Shown here piece by piece: positions 45,697-57,413 of a DNA stretch of 64,000 bases. Each line of letters opens with the position of its first letter. Position 1 is the first letter of the stretch. Made by a program: the position numbers and the translations under genes. Source of the stretch: Candidatus Marinacidobacterales bacterium (GTDB lineage: Bacteria > Acidobacteriota > Vicinamibacteria > Marinacidobacterales > SMYC01); NCBI GenBank assembly GCA_965224085.1, contig CBDCYI010000009.1:512001-576000 (forward strand), read 5' to 3'. The notes beneath the pieces were generated by a model. It had not been told where the DNA came from. It worked only from the letters and a program-made list of their open reading frames with translations, and did no database searches.

Positions 45697-48171
45697 GATC
45701 TGTTCTACAAGCTGACTCAACGAGAAAAATCTCACGAATACCTGCGCGGGCCCCAGCAGGACGTTCTTAGGGCGTATGCTGATCTCGCTGTGGAAACACC
45801 CGACGTAGCTCTTGAGCTACCAACGGGAACAGGGAAGACTACAGTCGGTCTGCTTATTGCGGAATGGCACCGTAGGCGGACCGGAAATCGGGTCGCGTAC
45901 TTGACGCTCACGAACCAACTCGCTCGTCAAGTCCTCGTTGAAGCGGGCCGAGTGGCGGTGCCCTTCTCGGACCTGATCGGAACGAAGCGAGATCGCGATG
46001 CGGCCCAAGAAGGACATTATCTCGCTGGAGAGGCCGTCGGTGTTACTAGTTATTCAAATCTGTTCAACGTGAATCCGGTGATTCGTGAGTCACAAGTTCT
46101 CGTTTTGGATGACGCTCACGGTGGTGAACAGTACGTCGCCGCCCACTGGACCCTGATAATTTCCAAGCGGGATGATACCGAGCTTTACTCGTCGGCCATC
46201 GCGGCTTTGCGTCCAGCACTAACTGACAGTCAGCTGCGAACCATTTTGAGCCCGCAGGGAATCTCAGTCGTCGAAATTGCCGACGTTTTCAATCACCCTG
46301 CATGCATCGTGACGATGACAGACTTGATCGATCAGGCGGACTCCCAAAAAATCAAATTTAGATGGCAACAAATTAGAGAGCATATCGACGCATGCCTGTT
46401 TCTGCTTTCGTCTGACGCTATCGCGATTCGACCACTGATCCCACCCACGCACACACATGATCCATTCAGCGGTAGCTCACAGCGAGTTCTGATGTCGGCG
46501 ACGCTCGGTGGGAAGGGTGACTTACTGCGCGGTTATGGACTCCAGGACGTGGAAATCCTCCGGGCCGAGCGCCCTCAATGGGGACGTCGATACGTCTTTG
46601 TTCCCGGAATGTACTTGGACGCTGACAAGACCCATGAAGTCGTCTCTGGTGTGTGGGACAAAACAGAACCTAGGCGTGCCGTAGTTCTCGCTCCATCGAA
46701 CCGGATCGCGGACGCCACGTACGAGAAGATAAAGGAGCATGTAAGTTCGGAGCTGACAAGGATGTCAGCGACAGAGATTTCTGACGGTCTCGACTCGTTT
46801 ACGGTGGCTCAAGATACGATCCTGGTCCTCTCGGGCCGCTACGATGGTCTGGATCTTCCCGGTGACGATTGTCGATTGCTCATCATGTCCGAGAGCCCAG
46901 CGGCCGTGAACGAACTTGAGAGACATCTGCGCGATAAATGGAAGCTTGGACCTGCACTTCGACGACGAGAGAGAACGCGCTTGATTCAAGGAATGGGGCG
47001 ATGTACCAGGAGCGCGACTGATTTCTCGGTCATTCTTTGGTTAGGTCAATCGCTCGTTAACGCGGCGTCGTCAGAGTTGATGGACTCGCTCCCGGCCGAA
47101 CTTCACGGAGAGCTCAAGTGGGGCCACGAACAATCGAAGGCTACGCCCGACGAACTAGTCGAAATGATTCACGGCCTATTGGACGACAAAGATTATCGTG
47201 AGGAGGCCGACGCCTCAATCGATCAGCTTCGGTCGCAGCTGGAAGCCCAGCAACAAGAAGAAAGCGATCTCACCGCTAGCGATGAGGTGAAATTTGCGCG
47301 ATCGTTGTGGTCTGAGAATTACTCACTGGCGTACACGTTGGCGCGATCTATCGCAGATGTCCTTTCAGAGCCTGGATTCGCAGGGTGGCGAGCTTGGTGG
47401 TGGTTCCTGGCAAACATGGTTGCCGTTAAGCTGGGAAACAACGAAAGTGAACGAGACTGCCTCCGGCGGGCAAAAGCGTGTGGCATCAACTCAGGTTGGC
47501 TCGATGCCGTGATTCTAAAGCGAGCATCCGAACTATTAAACGATTCCGCCGAAGATGACGTTCCCTCCAATCTTGAACATCTCTGGGACACCCTGGAGGA
47601 ACTTGGCTGGGCTGGCCCAAAGTTTGAAAGCCAAGTAGCCGAGATGCGGTCGAACCTGGCGGACACCGATCACACTGCGTTTCACATGGGTTTGGAGAAA
47701 CTCGGTCGTTGTTTGGGGCTCGACCCAATTCGCTCAACAGAAGATGGTGCGCCTGATGTTATTTGGTCTCGTGACCCTCGGATATACGTGGCGTTCGAGG
47801 CGAAGACAGAGAAGGACTCTGAGCACGCCCTTTCGAAAAATGACCTCCGAGAAGCGAAAGGCCATGCGGATTGGATCTCGGCAAAGCTATGCGGAGGTGC
47901 TCAGGATGTGGACACATCTATCGTAGTCGTTTCACCGACGTCGAAACTTCATTTTGCCGCGGAGCCTCATGCGGAGAGCGTTTTCTATTTGTCGCCAGAA
48001 ACTGTACTGGATCTTATGGCCCAGGTTATAGATTCATTGCGCGAGATTCGCATAAAATTTGCTGGGCGCGATTTTGCGGCAGCCCGTAACGAGTTGGCTG
48101 TGGAAGTAAATAACGCTGAACTAGATGCGGAACACATCTGGGAACAGCTTACCTCTCATCCACTTAAATGA
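45697..48171 (+). CDS. SF2 (DinG-like) helicase with C-terminal PD-(D/E)XK-like domain; native start apparently lost
   Basis: YLRGPQQDVL, LPTGTGKT, LDDAH, MSAT, YDGLD, QGMGRCTR; C-terminal APDVIW...FEAKT. The frame is open from 45697 with no start codon until the GTG at 45790. Confidence 0.8.
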   Translation, partial: DLFYKLTQREKSHEYLRGPQQDVLRAYADLAVETPDVALELPTGTGKTTVGLLIAEWHRRRTGNRVAYLTLTNQLARQVLVEAGRVAVPFSDLIGTKRDRDAAQEGHYLAGEAVGVTSYSNLFNVNPVIRESQVLVLDDAHGGEQYVAAHWTLIISKRDDTELYSSAIAALRPALTDSQLRTILSPQGISVVEIADVFNHPACIVTMTDLIDQADSQKIKFRWQQIREHIDACLFLLSSDAIAIRPLIPPTHTHDPFSGSSQRVLMSATLGGKGDLLRGYGLQDVEILRAERPQWGRRYVFVPGMYLDADKTHEVVSGVWDKTEPRRAVVLAPSNRIADATYEKIKEHVSSELTRMSATEISDGLDSFTVAQDTILVLSGRYDGLDLPGDDCRLLIMSESPAAVNELERHLRDKWKLGPALRRRERTRLIQGMGRCTRSATDFSVILWLGQSLVNAASSELMDSLPAELHGELKWGHEQSKATPDELVEMIHGLLDDKDYREEADASIDQLRSQLEAQQQEESDLTASDEVKFARSLWSENYSLAYTLARSIADVLSEPGFAGWRAWWWFLANMVAVKLGNNESERDCLRRAKACGINSGWLDAVILKRASELLNDSAEDDVPSNLEHLWDTLEELGWAGPKFESQVAEMRSNLADTDHTAFHMGLEKLGRCLGLDPIRSTEDGAPDVIWSRDPRIYVAFEAKTEKDSEHALSKNDLREAKGHADWISAKLCGGAQDVDTSIVVVSPTSKLHFAAEPHAESVFYLSPETVLDLMAQVIDSLREIRIKFAGRDFAAARNELAVEVNNAELDAEHIWEQLTSHPLK

Positions 48172-48774
48172 CGGCTGCGCGCTGTGCCTTCTATTTATTC
48201 ATCCGCGCGCCCCGAACTTGATTAGTCTCCCGCGCGACCCAATTGTCGAGTGTCTTCATTCTGGCAGAAAACGGTCGCAGGTTCCGACCTGTGTTTCGGG
48301 GTATCCCGTCCTGTGCCAAAACTCGGCCCTTTTGAAATAGACCATCAGTGTCATGAATTGACGGACACGAGCTACCCGTCTGGTCAAAATATTCGAACGC
48401 CCTAGCGGGTCAGCAGTTTGCACCTTTCCAAAGGCCGCTTGAATCCGCCATCGCGGTCGGATAAGTATTCCAGTTCAGCGGAAGGAGTCGCGATGGATTG
48501 GAAGACCATGCTGACCTACATCTCAGGATTCGTGGATGAGGAGTTGCTCTTGAGGCGAGCATCCTCTACGCCCGCGAAATTACCGAGGAAGACGCGGAAG
48601 CGCTCGACCACGTGATCGAAGATTCCGACTTGTAAGAGCTCACGCCAAAGGGCCCTGCCAACTATTGCGGTTTTTCCGACGGTTCCTCGTTAGTACTTGG
48701 CGACGCCCGCGCGAGGCTGTCGAGAAAATGCGATCGAATTTGCTACGATGGAAGCTTCGACGCGGAGGACCCGA

Positions 48775-49248
48775 ATGATTTCGATCACCGTCAATGGAAA
48801 GCGTCATGAGGTGGAGGTACCACCTTCGACACCCCTTCTCTGGGTCCTGCGGGACACGCTGGCCCTCACCGGCACGAAATATGGCTGCGGCATCGCGCAA
48901 TGCGGCGCCTGTACCGTGCATATTGGCGGCGTGGCGACGCGAACCTGCATCACACCCGTCTCCACCGTGGAAGGCTCGGAGATCACGACGATCGAGGGCC
49001 TCGCGACCGACGGACTCCACCCGATTCAGCAGGTATGGCTCGACGAAGACGTCGTGCAATGCGGCTACTGCCAGTCCGGGCAGATCATGTCCGCCGCGAG
49101 CCTTCTGGCCGAGAACAAGAACCCGACTGATGACGACATCGACGACGCGATGAGCGGCAACCTATGCCGCTGCGGCACCTATGGCCGCATTCGTTGCGCG
49201 ATCAAGAACGCAGGTGCTCTGATGCGCGGTGAGGAGGTGTCCAAATGA
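48775..49248 (+). CDS. (2Fe-2S)-binding small subunit (IorA/CoxS family)
   Basis: [32 protein letters not shown]. Confidence 0.92.
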   Translation: MISITVNGKRHEVEVPPSTPLLWVLRDTLALTGTKYGCGIAQCGACTVHIGGVATRTCITPVSTVEGSEITTIEGLATDGLHPIQQVWLDEDVVQCGYCQSGQIMSAASLLAENKNPTDDDIDDAMSGNLCRCGTYGRIRCAIKNAGALMRGEEVSK

Positions 49249-49370
49249 GCCTAACGAGACGGCGCTTCCTGAAAACCTCCGGTGCTGTGGCCTCCGGGCT
49301 TCTGCTCGGCTTCTACGTGCCACCGAAAGGACCTCGCGGCTACTTGCAGGCCGCCGAGCCTTTCGCCCCC
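49245..49370 (+). pseudogene. molybdopterin large subunit (IorB-like) Tat-signal fragment
   Basis: [10 protein letters not shown]...GLLLGFYVP coupled to the small subunit, then unrelated sequence. Confidence 0.6.
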
Positions 49371-49986
49371 CAATGGTCGGGTCAGCACGCGGCCAAGCAC
49401 TCCGCCTCCCGGAACCGAGACCCGTGGGACGGCGACGTTCGGCTTTCGTTACAAGAAGGGCGCCATCCGATTCGACGTCGGCTTCTATCGCGCTCTGACT
49501 AGAGATGACAATCGAACCGGACTCACTGGCGGACTCACCTGGACGTTCAAGAGCTTTCTACATCCGTCGGAACTTAAGAACTAGCGAGCACGAATCGAGA
49601 GCGAGTACGACATGGAGCTCTAACCTCGCGGCACTCGAACGCCATGAGCGCTTAGCCCCGTGTGCTCTGCAAGAAGTCGATCCAGCGTTGATTGTGCGGT
49701 TTAGACCTGCCATGCTCGGCTGCTTCGTGTCGGTTGACCCGACGACACCACCGGCGTCTTAGGAACGTGGAGAGAGTTGGCCATCGTCGACATGCCAGAG
49801 GGCTCGGCGGGCGGGCTCATCGTAGAGCCGAGGGTTGTGCCTTCTATTTATTCATCCGGGCGCACCGAACGGTGCTTCCGCCATTAAGTGTTGGTGAAAT
49901 GACGCTAAGACTTTACGCTGCATTAAATTGCTGCCTTGGTGCACAACTCCGATAGAGGCCGATAGCTCGCTTGGCCCCGACTCCCA

Positions 49987-50602
49987 TCATCCGATCATCT
50001 CGCTATCAGGCATCCCGAGCGCCGTCATGGTGTTGAGAATCTTGCACCCGATCCTTGCCTCGACTCTCTGTGCCGCCAACCCTCTCGCTCGCATTGCTGA
50101 GCCCACGATAGCCTTGTAGCGATGGAACGTTGTCTCGACTTTGCTCCGTTTGCTGTAGCCCGATTCTGTGTGCCACTTTCGTTTGCCGAGCCGAGCTTGT
50201 GCTGCAATGTTGCGATTGCGCTGTCGGCTGCTCGCCGGCCCCGATGCGAGCTGGGCGCCCTTGCGCGGCGGTATCAGCACCCTCGGCGAGCGATGAGCGC
50301 TGTGATTCTCGATTGCCTCATAGACGCCGCCGGCGTCGTATGCGGTGCCAGCTCTGGCCGATGAGATGGGACTGTCGATCTGTCCGACAAGCGATGCAAC
50401 CCGCGATGAATCGCGGGCTCTTTTGCTCGTCAGCTCGCCGGCAACGACTTCGCCAGTCTGCTCGTCGACACACAGATGGAGCTTGCGATAGTCCCTGCTA
50501 TTTGGTGCTCTGCGCAGCTGGCCGGCGTGGACAGCGAGACCGCTGCTGTCGATCAAGATGTGCAACGGCGTCTTCTGCTTGTCTTGGTAGAAGGGGACCT
50601 TA
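49987..50602 (-). pseudogene. IS5-family transposase C-terminal part
   Basis: IDSSGL, RKLHL, AYD, SGYSKRSKVET...RYK. Confidence 0.8.
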
Positions 50603-50716
50603 CCCCGTCCTGTGCCAAAACTCGGCCCTTTTGAAATAGACCATAAATCAGCAGCTTCGTGTCTGTGTTTGCGACCGAGCCAAGGGCCGTAGGCTTTACA
50701 ATCGTCTGGCCCGAGG

Positions 50717-51000
50717 GTGCGGAAGCGAGTTTCGAGCAGGAGTTCAACTCCCTCGATGCGCAGCGAGAGGCCTGCGCCGCGTATGTCGCGAGCCACAAGG
50801 CAGAAGGCTGAGTGCTGCTGCCAACCGTCTACGAGGACGGAGGGATCTCGGGAGGAACCCTGGAGCGCCCGGGCCTGCAGCGCTTGCTCGCCGACATCGA
50901 TGCTGGTCTCGCCGAGCAGGTGGTGATCTACAAGGTCGACCGGCTGACCCGCTGTCTTGCCGACTTTGCGAAGCTCGTCGAACGGCTCGAGATGCTCGGC
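50717..51000 (+). pseudogene. serine recombinase N-terminal fragment with a nonsense codon
   Basis: EQEFNSLDAQREAC...G*...YEDGGISGGTLERPGLQRLL...YKVDRLTR. Confidence 0.8.
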
Positions 51001-51733
51001 CCAACCGCGCAGATCTGCTCGCAAAATTCTCAAGATCCGTGATTTCTAAGAAGGATCGGTCAATTGACCCCATATATTTTCGTGGGCTTACGGCTCGGGC
51101 GAATCGATCCTGGCACAAAAGGCACAAAACCCCCGTATGGGGCAGGACGCGGGTTCCGACCTGTGTTTCGAGGTTTCCAGCCGAGACCGGATAGCACCAG
51201 ACTGCGCCATCCGCCATCCAGTCCGGCCAATTGTGGCACTGCAGAGACGGATGAGATTTTCCGCGCGGTTGGTGGGGTTTTGCAGGGGTAGGTGGCACCA
51301 GAGACGCGCTAGAAGGGCTGAAGAGGCCTCATTTTCGGCATTCGTCTCTAATCGCGATTTTCGAGTGCCACGTTTGCGCCAAATAGGGGGGCGGGCGCTG
51401 AACGGGCCGTGCGGCAGCGGAAAAGAGGCCACCCGAGAGGCCCAGAATCGAGGCCGGGACTACCGCAGCGTAGCTGCCCTAGCACGTTCTGGTCCAGGTG
51501 CGGCCCGGGCCTCCTTTATGTCCATCTTTGCCCAGGACCTGGATCCAGGTCTTCGCCCAGGCAGCGTGACATCCCGTTTCTGGACGGTGTTTCCCTGCGC
51601 ATACGGGGAACCCGAATCGCCGGCCGTAACGTCACCCTCCCAGGCACGTGATCTGAAAAAATCGGCCAGAAGCAACCGATCATGGCAGGTCCAAAACACG
51701 CAATCAACGCTGGATCGACTTTTTGCGGAGCAC

Positions 51734-52000
51734 AGCGCGGCGTGCTGCCACGGCTGGCGAGAATCGCCTGTGCATGCGCTACCGCCGCGCACTCGCCATT
51801 CCTACTGTACGGCGCGTCGCTACCGAGAACGACAAGGCGCCCGTTCGGGTCGTCAGGAATGTCGGCGCTGGAGCGAGGCAGTGCATGGACGGCAGCGAAA
51901 TCGCCCGGGGACGACACGTTCGCCAACAGACGTCGCTCTAGTTCCTGCGCAACCTGATCCGTCTCGCGCTTTAGCTGCTCCGCGCGGTCCTCGGCCAAGA
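51734..52000 (-). pseudogene. DUF499 AAA+ ATPase internal fragment
   Basis: LAEDRAEQL...GDFAAVH...SADIPDD...RLVVL...ILASRGSTPR. Confidence 0.6.
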
Positions 52001-52147
52001 TGTCCCGGAACGTCAAGCATCGCATGGTCAGCCCAGCCTGTATCGCCGAAAGAACTGCGTCTCTCGAAATCAGGCTCAAACTTCAGCGCGCGGGCGGGTT
52101 ACGCGGCAGCCACTAACTAACTCTTGATTGCGGAACCACGTCACCCT

Positions 52148-52369
52148 TCAGAACCATCGTTTCACGAGATTCGCGATAAGCGTCAAGACGACCGACGCAA
52201 GGACCATCGACGTGATAGGGATGAACACGCGCGTGCTTTCTCCATGGTAGCGAATATCGCCCGGAAGTCGGCCGAACCAAGAAAACCCGCCGTAGTAGAG
52301 GGCGACACCGACGGCGGCGAGCAGCACGCCAGCGCCAATGATCAGAAGGCCGAGTGATCGTGGCTCCAT
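52148..52369 (-). CDS. DUF2905 small membrane protein
   Basis: WFGRLPGDIR...FIPITSM motif. Confidence 0.85.
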   Translation of the reverse strand: MEPRSLGLLIIGAGVLLAAVGVALYYGGFSWFGRLPGDIRYHGESTRVFIPITSMVLASVVLTLIANLVKRWF

Positions 52370-52371
52370 CG

Positions 52372-52615
52372 TCTACCCGAACTCGGAGAGTCTCTCTGTC
52401 AGCAAATCGTAGAATCCGTCCGCCTCAGCAGTGTGAATCCATTCCACGTTCGGCGCGCGCGCGGTCACGCCCCAGAAGTCGACGACGGGTTCGCCTATCG
52501 TGAACTCGGATTCCGTCTCCACTTCGACATTCACTCGCTTTCCTTGAAACAACGACGGTTTCAGTAGGTACGCGATCGTGCACGGGTCGTGGAGCGATCC
52601 GCCTCCGACGCCGGC
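52372..52615 (-). pseudogene. nucleoside hydrolase C-terminal fragment
   Basis: GGSLHDPCTIAYLLKPSLF...NVEVET...VVDFWGVT...DGFYDLL; cut by repeat B. Confidence 0.75.
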
Positions 52616-52822
52616 TGTGCCTTCTATTTATTCATCCGCGCGCACGAACTCGATTAATCTCCGGTCTGCCGGCACCATGTCGGCATGATTTCGTCGTTGG
52701 TTCGCGCCTTCATCTTTGCCTTCAAGGCTCGTCGTGAGCTGGCTCTCAATAAAGTCGCTCTTCGGCAGCAACTCGCCGTCCTCCGCCGTTCTGTGAAACG
52801 GCCGCGGCTCTCGAAGGTCAAC

Positions 52823-53056
52823 TCAGTTCAGTGAGCAAGAGCCCGGGCCTCGAGGGTCACCGCAAGATCCGCAGGCCCCGGGAGCCTCAGTTGCAGAAGC
52901 AGCTCCGTTTCCACTACTGACTGCAAAGACTGAAAGCTGCTTTTCCAGCTTGTCGCTCTCGCAGGAAGGACAGCGCGGCGCGTCCTCGCTTGAACTCAGG
53001 ACAAGCCACTCAAAACGCTTGTCGCATTCCGAGCAGGCGTATTCGAAGATCGGCAT
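52823..53056 (-). CDS. FmdB-family zinc-ribbon protein
   Basis: MPIFEYACSEC...FE...CPSC...KQLS. Confidence 0.85.
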   Translation of the reverse strand: MPIFEYACSECDKRFEWLVLSSSEDAPRCPSCESDKLEKQLSVFAVSSGNGAASATEAPGACGSCGDPRGPGSCSLN

Positions 53057-53603
53057 ATCGAGATTATAGCTCGATTGGACCGTCCAGTTAATCGGAGCAC
53101 CACAGGCTTCCGCGATTCACCGGACCCGCTGTCGAAGCGCGTCCATGGTGGTTAGCCCGGTCTACGTCTGGATGTCGGCATCACGCCGCGCCCAAAGTTC
53201 GAACTGACCTAACCCGTCCTGTGCCAAACTCGAACCTTTTGAAATAGACCACAAATCAGCAGCTTAGACGCCCTTGGAATCCGCGCAGAATCCAGGGTAT
53301 TTCGTGCCGCAGGGCTGACTTCCGACCCATGGGCTGGCGGATGAATAAATAGAAGGCACACCGGCTCGGAGCACACGGTTCTCCTCTTGCAGGTAGTCGA
53401 TCACATCCTGCTGCTGGCGGTTGACCCAGCCAGCTAGAACGAGCAGTAGGAATTGCACGTGGTACGTTATCATGGACCTGAAGATAACACCCTCGGGCCA
53501 GACGATTGTAAAGCCTACGGCCCTTGGCCCCGGCGCAAACACAGACACTAAGCTGCTGATTTATGGCCTATTTCAAAAAGGGCCGAGTTTTGGCACAGGA
53601 CGC

Positions 53604-53745
53604 GGTCATGGGCAAAATAACATCGCGATATTTGCCTCGGACGTAGAGGTCGCGCAGCACGTCATCCGCGATATCCCAGATGAAGTTGGCGATCCAGTTG
53701 AGTCGGCTTCCCTCCAAGCTCAGACCCTCCCGATATGCTTGGCCT
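53604..53745 (-). pseudogene. hsdM: type I HsdM N-terminal fragment
   Basis: LNWIANFIWDIADDVLRDLYVRGKYRDVILPMT, between two outward-facing repeat-A ends. Confidence 0.75.
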
Positions 53746-54176
53746 TCAACATAGGGCCTCCTCGCTTCCACTCCCGTCCTGTGCCAAAACTCGGCCCCGT
53801 CCTGTCCAAAAACACAAACGAACTCAAGACTGGCGCGCCGGGCCGTCGCCGAGTTTCATCTATCATTATGATGGAGAGCGCAACCATCAAGGGCTTGGCA
53901 ACGCGTTTGTGTTTTTGGACACGACGGGGTTCACTTGTGTTACGGCCCGGTGACTCGCTCACCATCCTCAAGATGGCTTTGTCAGTCAGCTTCATCCGTC
54001 TCGTTTCCTCCACGAACGTGACTCAAGCTACGGGGCGCTAACTTTTTCCCCGGTGGGACTCTCTCCCACTGAACATGCCAGCCTTCGCTGGACGCACTCC
54101 TGTCCCAAAATACAAACGAACCCTCGAAGACTCTATCCACCAAGGGCAGAGTTTTGGCACAGGACGCGTGGCAGGG

Positions 54177-55736
54177 TTAACTGGCCCTGCCCACTGTGCT
54201 TGCGCGCAGCCCCTTCCAGGTGCTGTAGCACATGGCGACCAGCACCAGCGCGAAGGGGAGGCCGGTGGCGAGGGTGGCTGCCTGTGCAGCCACGAGGCCG
54301 CCGCCGAGCAGCAGCGCGATGGCGATGATCCCCTCGAGAACGCACCAGAACACTCGCTGGGCGACTGGCGCATCCAGCTTGCCGCCGGCGGTGATGGTGT
54401 CGATGACCAGGGATCCAGAGTCGGAGGATGTGACGAAGAACACCACAATCAGCACGATGCCGAGGAACGACGTGATGTTCGCAAGCGGCAGCGTCTCCAG
54501 CATCGTAAACAGGGCTATCTCCGGCTGCTGCGCCTGCACCGCCGCGATCACCTCGGGATGACCGTGGTCAACGTACTGCGATACCGCAGTCCCGCCGAAG
54601 GCGTTCATCCAGATCGCGGCAACCAGCGTCGGGATGATCAGCATGCATGCAGTCAGCTCGCGCACCGTCCGGCCGCGCGAGACCCGCGCGATAAACAAAC
54701 CGACGAACGGGGACCATGAAATCCACCAGGCCCAGAAAAAGACAGTCCAGCCGTGCATGAAGTCGAGATCCTCTCGGCCCACCCAGTTGCTGAGGGGGCC
54801 GATCGCCGCGAGATACTGGCCGAGGCTGGTCACGGTGCCGGTGACAATGTCGAGCGTCGGTCCGACCGTCAGCATGAACGCCAGCAGTAGCAGGGCGAGC
54901 AGCAGGTTGGCCTCGCTCAGCCGCTTGACCCCCTTCTCCATCCCGCTAACAACCGACGCCAGCGCCATGCTGGTAATGCCGACGATCAGCAGCACCTGGG
55001 TGGTGGTGGTGTTGGTCGCCGGCGCGCCAAACAGGTGGGCCAGCCCCGCCGCCGCCTGTTGGGCACCCAGGCCGAGCGACGTGGCCAGCCCAAAGAGCGT
55101 GGCGAAGACGGCGAGGGTGTCGATGCCGTGGCCGAACCGGCCCCACACCGCATCCCCCATGAGCGGATAGAACGCCGACCGTAGTGTCATCGGCAGGCCG
55201 AGGTTGTACGATGCGAAGGCAATCCCCAGCGCCACCACTGCGTACATGGCCCACCCATGGATTCCCCAGTGGTAGATGGCGCTGGCCAAGCCGAGGTGGG
55301 CTGCCGCCGTGTCGGTCGCCTTGAGACCGAGCGGCGGTTGCAGGAAGTGCTCCACCGGCTCCGACACCCCGAAGAACATCAGGCCGATGCCTATCCCGGC
55401 AGCGAACAGCATGGCGAACCAAGCAGAGCGGGAGTAGTCCGGCCGGGCATCCGCGCCGCCCAGGCGCACGCGGCCGAGCGGCGTTACCACCAACATCAGG
55501 CAGAAGAGCACGAAGAGGTTGCCCGCGCTCATGAACACCCAGTCGAAGGTCGACATGAGCCATGCGCGCAGCGCCCCGAAGGCGGCCGCCGCACCGGCCT
55601 GGAACACTAGCACGCCTGAAACGAACGCGATGATGGTCAGACTGGAGACGACGAAGACCGGATTGTGGATGTCGAGGCCGAGGAGTTGGACGTTGTCCTG
55701 ACCCAGCTTGTAGTCGATCTTCGAGACCTCAGCCAT
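54177..55736 (-). CDS. BCCT family (betaine/choline/carnitine/DMSP) transporter
   Basis: WFAMLFAAGIG, HWGIHGW, WTVFFWAWWISWSPFVG.FIARVSRGRT, VTSSDSG. Confidence 0.95.
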   Translation of the reverse strand: MAEVSKIDYKLGQDNVQLLGLDIHNPVFVVSSLTIIAFVSGVLVFQAGAAAAFGALRAWLMSTFDWVFMSAGNLFVLFCLMLVVTPLGRVRLGGADARPDYSRSAWFAMLFAAGIGIGLMFFGVSEPVEHFLQPPLGLKATDTAAAHLGLASAIYHWGIHGWAMYAVVALGIAFASYNLGLPMTLRSAFYPLMGDAVWGRFGHGIDTLAVFATLFGLATSLGLGAQQAAAGLAHLFGAPATNTTTTQVLLIVGITSMALASVVSGMEKGVKRLSEANLLLALLLLAFMLTVGPTLDIVTGTVTSLGQYLAAIGPLSNWVGREDLDFMHGWTVFFWAWWISWSPFVGLFIARVSRGRTVRELTACMLIIPTLVAAIWMNAFGGTAVSQYVDHGHPEVIAAVQAQQPEIALFTMLETLPLANITSFLGIVLIVVFFVTSSDSGSLVIDTITAGGKLDAPVAQRVFWCVLEGIIAIALLLGGGLVAAQAATLATGLPFALVLVAMCYSTWKGLRASTVGRAS

Positions 55737-57413
55737 ATGGTGTTGCAATAGCGTTTTACCATGCGGAGGCTTTTGTTTCTACCCTCGACCGGGCCTTTCG
55801 TGAATAGTCCGGGCTAGCCGGCGCGGAACCGCAGGTGCTTGCTCCGTTTACTGTTGCCGGCTCGTCCACGTCGTCGTGCGAGGACAGCTGTGCTCCGCAA
55901 TAAGTCTATCCAGTGTCGATTGCTCGGTTTAGACCTGCCAAGTTCGGACGCTTCTGGCCGGTTTTCTTTTTTGCGGATCACAACCCCGGTGGTGCGGACA
56001 TCGAGCCACATTTCCGCAGTCGGATGAGAGCGCGAACAAATGACGAAATCATGCGGGCATGGTGCCGGCAGACCGGAGACTAATCAAGTTCGCGCGCGCG
56101 GATGAATAAATAGAAGGCACAACATCCGTGATGAGCTCATTGTACGCGTGGCGCGAGAGAACCCGACGTGGGGATATACGCGCCTGCGGGGCGCACCCAA
56201 GAACCTCAAACACAGACACTAAGCTGCTGATTTATGGGGCTATTTCAAAAGGGCCGAGTTTTGGCACAGGACGGGAACGATTTCGTCCCACGCCGCCGCC
56301 CGGGCTTCCCTCGACCGCACCGCCATCAGCACCATGAACTCGAAGGCCAGCTTTGTCCCGTTCTACGCCTGCGGGGCACGCACGGCTGCGAGTGCGCCAG
56401 CTACTTCGCCAGCGGGAGAACTCGCATGTGTCAAACCAGAACGGGGCGTTTCGGTAGCGCGGCGGTGCTGGCCTCGCCGGCCGGGTTGTCAACGCGACAG
56501 CTCTGCATCGACACCACTGGACTCAAGCCCGCCGGCCAAAGATCTTGCGGTACAGGTATCGGTTTGTCAGTTGGCAGGTATGCGGACGGCCAGCGACCTG
56601 GTGGTACAATCGTTATTGGTTCCTGTCGTCGGGAAGAGGAAGCTGGCTAGCACGGATTGATGATAGGTGTGATGAAGAACGCTCGGTATCGGATGCCAGT
56701 CATTTCACCGCTGCACGATGTCGAGGTTCCCAAGCATCTGGATCTCTACAAGGAGCACGGAGTGGGCGTTATTACCATTACGCGCGCAAACAGCAGGGTG
56801 CTATATATGGCCAAGCTGAAGGCCAAGTCTCCACCAACCGCTGCTCAACTGCGCAAGCGGCGTGATCTCATGGAGCCCTTTGCGGCAGAGCAAGAATGCC
56901 CTGACTGCCAGGTACAAGTTATTTTGAACAAAGATGACGAACCTAGTTGCACCAACTGCCAGACGATCTTCTACCCGCCGCCGAGTGCGTATCTAACACA
57001 CCTTGCCGGCAGTTATTTAGATGCCAAGCGCGATGTCCGGCACAGGTCCGTTTGGTCGTACAATGTCGCTCTTTGGCAGCAGCTCTCTGGACCCGATTTC
57101 GAAGAACTCGATTCTCGGCCACAAGATACTCGTTGTGCAGGAGCAACTCCTCATCCACAGATCCTGAGATCTAGCTCAGCATGGTCTTCCAGTCCATCGC
57201 GGCTCCTTCCGCTGAACTGGAATACGTATCCGACCGCGATGGCGGATTCAAGTGGTCCTTGGAAAGGTGCAAACTGCTGACCTGCTGAGCCTTCGAGTAT
57301 TTTGACCGGACGGGCATCAGATCGCCGACCAGTTCGTCATCCCGGCGGTGCCGCTCCGCCGGCAACCGGACGACGAGGAGAGTACAAGCGCGCTCAGCGA
57401 CGCTACAGCGGTG

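Larger units (their letters stand above)
15616..56120. repeat. dispersed repeat B: left end of an rve-integrase element, TGTGCCTTCTATTTATTCATCC
   Basis: About 12 copies: 15616, 21920, 28247, 29171, 33426(-), 38908, 41176, 48184, 49836, 52616, 53360(-), 56120(-). Longer copies run into the MISSFVRALISAFKARRELAL integrase start. Confidence 0.85.
16127..56275. repeat. dispersed repeat A: left end of an rve-integrase element, CGTCCTGTGCCAAAACTCGGCCCTTTTGAAATAGACC
   Basis: About 20 copies: ~16181, 18721, 20244, 23677, 24457, 28340, 29609, 29775, 33197, 34424, 41369, 41505, 42315, 48305, 50603, 53213, 53602, 53773, 54166, 56275. The copies at 20244 and 53602 lie upstream of the transposase start. 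Confidence 0.9.

Noticed and set aside
49987-51033. 348-aa ORF
   Set aside because: Antisense recombinase fragment, repeat A and an IS5 C-terminus joined by chance.
16127-56275. Integron cassette array with repeat A/B as attC sites
   Set aside because: No tyrosine integrase, no RYYYAAC/GTTRRRY palindromic structure, mixed orientations, truncated genes, and the repeats lead into DDE transposase starts.
56275-57060. Possible Zn-ribbon protein (CPDC...CTNC)
   Set aside because: Disrupted by stops and cut by transposon ends; no family can be assigned.
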